UHGV virus genome: UHGV-0133447
Length of the DNA stretch: 28,245 nucleotides
Origin: a virus
Direction: 5' to 3' (one strand)
The notes under the pieces are model-generated. The model did no database searches, was not told where the DNA came from, and was given only the letters and a program-made list of their open reading frames with translations. A program made the translations under genes and the position numbers. Positions 7,955 through 14,410 of this stretch are shown piece by piece; positions within the stretch are counted from its first letter, which is position 1, and each line of letters begins with the position of its first letter.

Positions 7955-8008
7955 GCCTACTCCTGGTATGGGTCCTGTGCTTAAATAACGCCGAGCGTGG
8001 CGCAGATA

Positions 8009-8033
8009 CGAAAAAGGCCCGCGAATGCGAGCC
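8009..8033 (-). terminator. intrinsic terminator-like hairpin (minus strand) upstream of the HNH-AP2 gene
   Basis: Minus-strand reading ggctcgc-attc-gcgggcc (7-bp stem, one G-U pair) followed by TTTTTCG. Confidence 0.45.
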
Positions 8034-8246
8034 TGATGGATCCGCTTACTGATACGGAGCGACCAACCTAAGTTGTCGCAGATTCAAATTGTGGCCCTGC
8101 CTTTAAGTCACTTTGCGCGCAGCTGGGACATGTAGTTTTCGCATCGTGATCGGGATTCGCTTCAGACGCTGGCCCCGCAGCCATTTAAGTGCCGGTTACG
8201 TTTATCCGGCGGCTTTCGCCCGGTTAAGCCCTAAGGTAAGGGATTT

Positions 8247-8393
8247 GGTTGTGACACCAGGCCGTTACGCCTGCTTACTTCCTGCCGCTCTGTTTTGGTA
8301 TTGGCCGCCAGTAACTGCGACTCAGCCGATTTACAGGTCTTTGCGTCGGCCGGCGCTGCAGCCCACTTGAGCACATCACAACGGAAAGAGCGC
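8247..8393 (-). ncRNA. candidate structured tRNA-like element, copy A (degenerate)
   Basis: Minus-strand leader gcgctctttccgttgtgat resembles the leaders at 21901 and 22159. gttgtga can pair with tcacaac about 130 nt downstream to close the element. Contains gcgccggccgacg internal motif. Region 8036-8505 has no credible ORF. Confidence 0.3.
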
Positions 8394-8505
8394 TTAGTGC
8401 ATTTAAGCCAAACCCCATGTAGGAAGCACTCTTACCTGTTGTGCGCTCCGTTTCGTGGAGCAGACGCCGCCGGAATCGCACCGGCAGAATCATCACATTG
8501 GTATA

Positions 8506-8581
8506 TGGTGCTGGTTGACGGAATCGAACCGCCGACATCCTGCTTACAAGGCAGGCGCTCTACCAGCTGAGCTAAACCAGC
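8506..8581 (-). tRNA. tRNA-Thr (anticodon UGU), phage-encoded
   Basis: Minus-strand 76-nt cloverleaf GCTGGTT-TA-GCTC-AGCTGGTA-GAGC-G-CCTGC-CTTGTAA-GCAGG-ATGTC-GGCGG-TTCGATT-CCGTC-AACCAGC-A-CCA. Acceptor 7 bp, D-loop GG, anticodon loop with U33 and A37, canonical T-loop, encoded CCA. Confidence 0.8.
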
Positions 8582-9621
8582 AAATTACGCATTTCACTGA
8601 CCGTCTGTTCAAATCTCTCGGTTTCCAGTTCGACACCTAGTCCCCTTCGCCCGAGAAGAGCAGCCTGCTTGAGCGTTGAGCCTGATCCAAAAAAGAAATC
8701 AGCTACAACATCACCCGGGCGGCTACTCGCTGTGATTATCTGCTCCAGCATATCCGCAGGCTTTTCACATGGGTGTTTACCTGGATAAAACTGAACAGGC
8801 TTATGAGTCCAGACGTCGGTATATGGCACCGTGACCGATACGCTGAATGGTCGCCGTAAACGGTAATATTCCTGCTGGAGTTCAGAATATTTTCGGCTTA
8901 ACGATTGCCAGGTGCCGACAAGCTGGTGGTGAGGTTTTCCCAGTTCGTTGCGTGAGTGCTTATCCATGGCGATTGTTTGAAACAAAGCCTGCAACTTTAA
9001 ATAATCGGCTTCGTTCGGTAGCTGCCACTGACTAAGGCCAAACCAGTGGGAAACCATATTTTTCTTACCTGTGGCTTCTGCAATCTGAGCCGACGTCACG
9101 CCAAGAGATTCCCGTGCATCACGGAAGTAAGAAATTAAAGGCGTCATGACGTGTTGCTTTAACTCATTACACTTTGCGGCATATCCATCGTCTTTGGGCC
9201 TGTATGGCCCCTGATAATGGTCGGCAAAAATGATACGCTCAGTGGCCGGGAAATAAGCGCGTAAGCTCTCCTTATTGCAGCCGTTCCATCGCCCTGATGG
9301 CTTAGCCCAGATGATATGGTTGAGCAGGTTAAACCGCTCTCTCACCAACAGCTCAATATCCGCTGCCAGGCGGTGCCCACAGAACAGATACATGCTGCCG
9401 GCAGGTTTTAACACTCGCCAGAACTGTGCCAGACAGCTATCCAGCCAACGTAAATAGTCTTCGTCCCCCTTCCATTGGTTATCCCAGCCGTTTGGCTTCA
9501 CCTTAAAATAAGGCGGATCGGTAACAATAAGATCAATGGAGTTATCGGGTAGCGATGGGAGGTATTGCAGGCAATCAGCATTGATTAACTCAATACTGGA
9601 TATTTTTACAGTATTTTTCAT
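8572..9621 (-). CDS. orphan DNA methyltransferase, N6-adenine/N4-cytosine (beta) class
   Basis: 349 aa with TDPPYF catalytic motif near the N-terminus. No adjacent restriction endonuclease. The ORF's last codons overlap the 5' end of the tRNA. Confidence 0.85.
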   Translation of the reverse strand: MKNTVKISSIELINADCLQYLPSLPDNSIDLIVTDPPYFKVKPNGWDNQWKGDEDYLRWLDSCLAQFWRVLKPAGSMYLFCGHRLAADIELLVRERFNLLNHIIWAKPSGRWNGCNKESLRAYFPATERIIFADHYQGPYRPKDDGYAAKCNELKQHVMTPLISYFRDARESLGVTSAQIAEATGKKNMVSHWFGLSQWQLPNEADYLKLQALFQTIAMDKHSRNELGKPHHQLVGTWQSLSRKYSELQQEYYRLRRPFSVSVTVPYTDVWTHKPVQFYPGKHPCEKPADMLEQIITASSRPGDVVADFFFGSGSTLKQAALLGRRGLGVELETERFEQTVSEMRNLLV

Positions 9622-9770
9622 AGATCAGTAAGCGTAACTCTGATAGGCTCACTTTGCTTTTGCGCTAAAGCAGTGGGCCGTGGTTAGCTTGTGACCTGAA
9701 AGCATGAGCTGATGGCTGGCCGGGTGCTACAACACCCACCAGCCGCCCATTTTCACAGCAAAAGCCCCCA

Positions 9771-9992
9771 TTACTGGAGGCGCTTATAACATCCGAACTG
9801 ATAATCAGATAACCCCGCCATTACCAGCTGCGTAAGTATGAGCTGGCAGCGTTCGCGGCTCAGGTGAGTATTCTGAGCAATCTCCCCAGCCGTAGCCGGT
9901 TTGTCACTTAACTCATCAAAAACAGCCTTGGCTGTTTCCGTCATATCTTGCTGATTTAGCATGTCTTTTATCTCAAATAAGTGGTGTGACAT
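9771..9992 (-). CDS. small winged-helix-like DNA-binding protein (hypothetical; PapI/FaeA-like fold only suspected)
   Basis: 73 aa from the ATG (MSHHLFEIK...); the track's longer ORF starts at a TTG. Segment ATAGEIAQNTHLSRERCQLILTQLVMAGL has an HTH-like pattern. First ORF downstream of the late promoter/terminator. Confidence 0.35.
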   Translation of the reverse strand: MSHHLFEIKDMLNQQDMTETAKAVFDELSDKPATAGEIAQNTHLSRERCQLILTQLVMAGLSDYQFGCYKRLQ

Positions 9993-10063
9993 ACAGATAA
10001 CTCTGGTGACGGTATCCAGCAAGAACTAATTGAAAGAGAAGAAGATTTTATCGATTTTATCCC

Positions 10064-10089
10064 ATAAAAAAACCCGCTCGCTGGCGGGT
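10064..10089 (-). terminator. intrinsic terminator just downstream of the putative late promoter (tR'-like)
   Basis: Minus-strand reading acccgc-cagcga-gcgggt followed by seven T (complement of 10066-10072). Confidence 0.5.
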
Positions 10090-10127
10090 TAATCAACGTT
10101 GAACATACAAAGCCCATCGTTATAAAT

Positions 10128-10156
10128 AAAATTACACAAAAGCGGCAACTTTGCAA
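10128..10156 (-). promoter_or_regulatory. candidate late promoter (PR'-like) immediately downstream of Q
   Basis: Minus-strand TTGCAA (10151-10156), 17-nt spacer, TAATTT (10128-10133). About 40-60 nt upstream of the terminator at 10064-10089, analogous to the lambda PR'-tR' arrangement. Confidence 0.35.
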
Positions 10157-10172
10157 GTAACGTGTCGCTAAA

Positions 10173-11003
10173 TTATGCGATATTTATCAAATCAGGCACC
10201 TTTGTCACACGTTTAAGCTGTGAGTCGGTATAACTCTCTTCCTCAAAGCATCTTGTAACCAGACTTTCATAGAAAGGTTTCCAGCTATATCGCCAGGTAC
10301 GTTCTGGCAGACCAGGCAGCTCAGAGAGCATACCCCTGTATGCATTCGAAGACTTAGGACGACTATAACCGCGGCCTTCACAACGTTTACACACTTTGTA
10401 GACAGGCACTCCCTGCAGCTCTGACTCTTTACGGTCCAGGGTTTTTCCCGTACCGCCACACTGGCATCGCTTGCTGATTTTCCCGGTGCCGCCACATTTG
10501 AAGCAAAGAACATGGTCAACCTCTTCCACCTGACGTTTTACTTCAAAATCCGAAGGTGACTGCCTGAGGTCTTTTGCCCATTGCGGTAATCTCATTGTGT
10601 AGTGGCTTTTTTCCACCATTGAGGTTTTTTTTATGAAGCCTGAACCAGAACACTTCCTGCAATCTACGCTGTCAGCTGCAGACGAGGCATAGTCGTTATA
10701 AGCGAACCGAGCTATTATCAGCATACACAGCGGGAACTTCTTCCCTGCTGCTTTTCTTATCGATCGAGGCGCTTTTGATTTTGCATATTCAGCCAACCAA
10801 CTGACGGATGCCTTTCTGTCGTGTTCGCTGATTCCAGCTTTACCCAAAAACATTGACAGGCCTATTCCTGCCTCTGCCTGTGTCATCCCCAGAGCCGCCA
10901 TTACATCTGTCACAGTAAGTTGCTCGCTGGCGGTTGCAAGACCGCTATCGGAAATATGCATTCCTTTGGGCGCAAAAAATTTGGGAATTGATTCAATATT
11001 CAT
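10173..11003 (-). CDS. late-gene antitermination protein Q-like (Cys-rich, zinc-binding type)
   Basis: Repeated Cys pairs CRKCSGSG / CFKCGGTGK / CQCGGTGK / CKRCEGRG. Position directly upstream of promoter plus terminator and adjacent to DUF968 resembles Qin-type Q (memory). ATG at 11003 has a GGAG RBS; the track's GTG at 11021 is an alternative start. Confidence 0.65.
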   Translation of the reverse strand: MNIESIPKFFAPKGMHISDSGLATASEQLTVTDVMAALGMTQAEAGIGLSMFLGKAGISEHDRKASVSWLAEYAKSKAPRSIRKAAGKKFPLCMLIIARFAYNDYASSAADSVDCRKCSGSGFIKKTSMVEKSHYTMRLPQWAKDLRQSPSDFEVKRQVEEVDHVLCFKCGGTGKISKRCQCGGTGKTLDRKESELQGVPVYKVCKRCEGRGYSRPKSSNAYRGMLSELPGLPERTWRYSWKPFYESLVTRCFEEESYTDSQLKRVTKVPDLINIA

Positions 11004-11021
11004 GCTCAGTACTCCATACAC

Positions 11022-12077
11022 TCAAGCTTTTACAATGACGCCGATACCCATTACCCGATCCAGAAAACGAGCCCACAGCTCTAACTGAGTGCCATATTTC
11101 TTTTCGAACTCTGATGTATTGGCGTGTAATTCATCGTGATGCACTCTGCACAGTGGTATCACGAAGAGATCATGGGCCTTGGTGCCAGTTCCCCCCAGAC
11201 CATTCCCTATTATATGGTGTGGATCGTCTGAAGGTTGCCTACAGCATTCACATGGCTGAGTTTTAACCCAACGTGTGTAAACTTCGCAGGTCCAGCGCCG
11301 GCGCTTTGGGCGGCGCATAAATGATTCGGGGCTGTTCGGATCGACACTAAGCCTCAGAATGGGTTTACTTTCAATCTGAGGTTGCTCAATGAGTACACTG
11401 GCGTCCGCCAGGTCTATGCCCTCGACAAGATCCTGAAGGATTTCACCTGCAGCTAATGACGGGACAATATCGCTATCCTTATAAACGGACAGGAAAGGTT
11501 CCTCAGGCAGTCTTAAGGCCTGTTGCGCCATCGTCTCGGTTATTGCGTCAGCAATGCCGGATTTCACGGCCCACCAGCAGAGCTCCGCCATCGATAATTC
11601 GCGCTCCTTATTGTATCCAAGGCTGATCAACACCCTTTCAATCACCCACTGAACCAGATTCTGATAAGCCAGCTCTGACAACATTTCGGTGGTCTGCTCA
11701 CGTAATTCATTATCACAATGCCAGCAGACAACCATGGCGCCAGGCGGATGCCGCATAGTCACTAATTCATGGTGGTGATAGTGGGAATGCGGGTACTGGC
11801 ACTCTCTGACATGTCGTAGAAGCCAGGCCTCAAGAGCGTTAATTCCACCAGCTGCGTTAATAACCCTCTCATCCCTCATGAAAAAACGCAGAATGTCCAT
11901 TTCTGCAAGCGGCTGACGTGCATCGGCGATCCGCCCAGTGGGCAGTGTTTTCATCTTCTCTGGCTGGCGCTCTATCAGGACACGACCGCCGGTAAAGAGA
12001 GACATCAATTCGCGGCCTGGTTTAAAAAGAACAACGCCCAGGCGCGGAACAATTTCCGGAGTTAGCAATGCCCGCAC
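11022..12077 (-). CDS. DUF968-family phage protein (YdfU-like) with C-terminal HNH-like Cys/His motif
   Basis: 351 aa from a GTG start. C-terminal CECC...DPHHII...IPLCRVHHDELH motif. Length and position before Q resemble YdfU of lambdoid prophages (memory). Confidence 0.6.
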   Translation of the reverse strand: MRALLTPEIVPRLGVVLFKPGRELMSLFTGGRVLIERQPEKMKTLPTGRIADARQPLAEMDILRFFMRDERVINAAGGINALEAWLLRHVRECQYPHSHYHHHELVTMRHPPGAMVVCWHCDNELREQTTEMLSELAYQNLVQWVIERVLISLGYNKERELSMAELCWWAVKSGIADAITETMAQQALRLPEEPFLSVYKDSDIVPSLAAGEILQDLVEGIDLADASVLIEQPQIESKPILRLSVDPNSPESFMRRPKRRRWTCEVYTRWVKTQPCECCRQPSDDPHHIIGNGLGGTGTKAHDLFVIPLCRVHHDELHANTSEFEKKYGTQLELWARFLDRVMGIGVIVKA

Positions 12078-12085
12078 AATACCCC

Positions 12086-12610
12086 CTAAACAGTCAGATC
12101 TTTAAGCTTCTGCACGGCTTTTCCAACTTCAGCCATAGCATCTACGAACTCGTCAAACTTCCTGCTGGCCATTCCATATGCCTGGAGAATCTCCAACTTC
12201 AAGGGATCGAGCTGTTTCTTAATTTCTGCACGATCCCCGGCTTTTTTCTCCGCTTCCTCTGCCGCTTTGATCAAGGCGTCGGCCTGTTTACGTAATGCTT
12301 CCGGAGTTACTTCGAGCTGTTTATTCATTTTGCATTCCATCGTCGGCTGAGGAGGTCTCATTACAGGCGCCACAGATTTGTGACCATATTTAGGGTGGTG
12401 CAAGGTAGTAGACCTTCCATCATCTATCACGCAGAGCAGCCCGCTTTCCCGGATAATATCAATCAGAGTCTCTTTGTCTTTTCGATTGAGCCCGCTATAT
12501 GCCGCCACTTTGTGCGTCAGGTGGGTTAGCGTTGCGCCTTCTGGTTGCTTCTCTACAAAACGCTTTACCCTGGAGAGAACTGGTTGCAGGTGTGGAGGTG
12601 TCATTCTCAT
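12086..12610 (-). CDS. hypothetical protein with C-terminal coiled-coil
   Basis: ATG at 12608-12610 preceded by AAGGGG; the track start at 12616 is a GTG. No family recognised. Confidence 0.45.
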   Translation of the reverse strand: MRMTPPHLQPVLSRVKRFVEKQPEGATLTHLTHKVAAYSGLNRKDKETLIDIIRESGLLCVIDDGRSTTLHHPKYGHKSVAPVMRPPQPTMECKMNKQLEVTPEALRKQADALIKAAEEAEKKAGDRAEIKKQLDPLKLEILQAYGMASRKFDEFVDAMAEVGKAVQKLKDLTV

Positions 12611-12619
12611 GTTCACCCC

Positions 12620-13450
12620 TTACTGCGTGACAACGCCAATGAGCTTTAAAAGCTCAGGAAATTTCGATTCGAAGAAGTGCGGTTGCGTCTCACGTGGATT
12701 TGCCGGGCTGGTGATGTTTTTACCGTACAGACAACCTTTTGCCGTAACAGACCAGAATCTTTTCACGCCATTGATACCCGTTCGGCTGCGGCGCTCCTTC
12801 TGCTCGACTATGCCGTGACCAGCCATAAGGTGATAAGCCTGGTTCGCGGTCATTCTGATGTTGTTAGCTTTAAGCAAAGCGCTAAGAGACAGCGTTGGTC
12901 TGCTGGAACCATCCTGCGCGCCAGCTGGTGCATCAATGGCATATGAAGGCATTAAATCAGGCAGCCCTGCTACCTGCTGAAGCTTCTGATATGCCCCGAG
13001 CTTTGACGAATTAGAGAGATTGAGCATTTTGGATGCAGATTCCAGGAGGATTATGCCAGCCTGAATGCGATCGGTATTGACGGTTGCAGCCCCAGCAGTG
13101 TGGAGCGCGTCAAACGTTCTGATGACCTTCAGATTAAAAACAGCGCTGATCCACATCGCGTAGGCATACACCAACTCACGGCAAACATAGGTACCTTGCT
13201 CATTTCCGCCGCGGATGACACTTACAGGTTCTGAAATATCCGAGTTGCTATTTTGCAACTCGCCTATCAATTGCGCAGTTTGTTCGTTACGGAGCCAGAA
13301 TGCAGGCTTATGGCGGTCAAGGGAGCCGGAAGCACGATGGAGATCGTTTAGGCAATAACGACCAAGGACATCACGACGAACAGAAATACCATCAATAACA
13401 AAAAAAGTGTGATTATTGGATGCAGCAGCACCCATGACGTGGTTAGTCAT
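12620..13450 (-). CDS. KilA-N domain protein (antirepressor-like)
   Basis: N-terminal FFVIDGISVRRDVLGRYCLNDLHRASG...KPAFWLRNEQTAQLI matches the KilA-N pattern (memory). ATG at 13450 has a GGAG RBS; the track start 13462 lacks one. Confidence 0.7.
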   Translation of the reverse strand: MTNHVMGAAASNNHTFFVIDGISVRRDVLGRYCLNDLHRASGSLDRHKPAFWLRNEQTAQLIGELQNSNSDISEPVSVIRGGNEQGTYVCRELVYAYAMWISAVFNLKVIRTFDALHTAGAATVNTDRIQAGIILLESASKMLNLSNSSKLGAYQKLQQVAGLPDLMPSYAIDAPAGAQDGSSRPTLSLSALLKANNIRMTANQAYHLMAGHGIVEQKERRSRTGINGVKRFWSVTAKGCLYGKNITSPANPRETQPHFFESKFPELLKLIGVVTQ

Positions 13451-13538
13451 AGCTTTCTCCATACATTTTTATGTGACGAAGGGCCTGCACGCCCGTTTCG
13501 TTTGCACCCTTTGAGATTACTGGCAAGTTGCATAGACT

Positions 13539-13937
13539 TCAACCTACCACTGAACAAACATCCAGCGTTTTTTTATACGCCGATATGGTGATTTCTACCC
13601 GCCCGCCTTTAACATTCTCACCCCACTCTATAGCCATGCGCTTTACCTGGTTGTCGTCCTCCCAGATACCGGCATAAGTCAAAGCATCAAGAAGTGCCTT
13701 GTTGTAATTGTCCAGGTCACGCCGGCGATAGTCTGGCGGATAGAGAATAATTTCTACAGCTGCTGGCGCGGTAGATGGTTTTGGTATTGCACGCAGTTGC
13801 TCAATGATCGCTGAACGTACTGCATGTTTGAATTTACGGCCGGCTGCGCTGACAAGGTGTTTACCTTTTGCGGGCCCCTTATTTGGGGACCGCCAGTAGG
13901 TGTTCACGCTGGGTGGGAATGGAAGAATAAATTTCAT
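13539..13937 (-). CDS. rusA: Holliday-junction resolvase RusA
   Basis: 132 aa. N-terminal MKFILPFPPSVNTYW plus acidic catalytic region typical of RusA. Start overlaps the upstream stop (ATGA). Confidence 0.9.
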   Translation of the reverse strand: MKFILPFPPSVNTYWRSPNKGPAKGKHLVSAAGRKFKHAVRSAIIEQLRAIPKPSTAPAAVEIILYPPDYRRRDLDNYNKALLDALTYAGIWEDDNQVKRMAIEWGENVKGGRVEITISAYKKTLDVCSVVG

Positions 13938-14410
13938 TCTGCCTCCAGCACTATTTTCAACTCAAACGGAACATCTCCTCCGCAATAGCAGAGCGGGCCA
14001 AGGTCAGACATGAGGCTCCACAGGGTCATTGACGTATAGCCATTTTCGTCTGTTATCGGGGGCGAAAAGTCTCCGAAGATCGCCGGGTGCTGGATTCGAT
14101 TCTCTTCGTGCTGGCTTCTCAAGTAACTTAGAGCTTCGGCAGTAAGTTTCACTTTTACGATGCTGTTGAGATTGACCGATATTTCTCTGGCCAACAGCGA
14201 AGAGGTGATACTGATACCGCGAGAAACCCCGCGGGTAATCTTGATGGCCCCTTTTCTCTCCAGCGCCTTGAGGTGCGTTGCTGCTGCATTGGGGGACCGG
14301 CACCCCAGCATGCCGGTCAGTTCGTAAGTTGTAGGCGGAAAACCATGTTTACGCTGATATTCGATCAGGAGGTCAAGGACCTCCTGCTGCCTTAAGGTCA
14401 AGGAAGTCAT
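13934..14410 (-). CDS. LexA-type N-terminal DNA-binding domain protein lacking the S24 peptidase domain
   Basis: From ATG 14410: MTSLTLRQQEVLDLLIEYQRKHGFPPTTYELTGMLGCRSPNAAATHLKALERKGAI closely follows the LexA DNA-binding-domain pattern. The ~90-aa C-terminal part has no Ser/Lys peptidase motifs. Start overlaps the C5-MTase stop (ATGA). Confidence 0.6.
   Translation of the reverse strand: MTSLTLRQQEVLDLLIEYQRKHGFPPTTYELTGMLGCRSPNAAATHLKALERKGAIKITRGVSRGISITSSLLAREISVNLNSIVKVKLTAEALSYLRSQHEENRIQHPAIFGDFSPPITDENGYTSMTLWSLMSDLGPLCYCGGDVPFELKIVLEAE

Noticed and set aside
7454-8505. Group I intron carrying the HNH-AP2 ORF
   Set aside because: No interrupted exon is evident: the adjacent tRNA is intact and the methyltransferase ORF is complete. 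I could not recognise conserved group I core elements by eye.
8113-8570. Track ORFs 8113-8370 (+), 8275-8538 (-) and 8295-8570 (+)
   Set aside because: They overlap the tRNA and each other, have Arg-rich junk-like composition and no RBS; the region is better explained as structured non-coding DNA.
8506-8581. tRNA as a prophage attachment site (window spanning a prophage end)
   Set aside because: Phage genes lie on both sides (methyltransferase and Q upstream; HNH, lysis and terminase downstream) and no integrase is nearby, so the tRNA is internal cargo.
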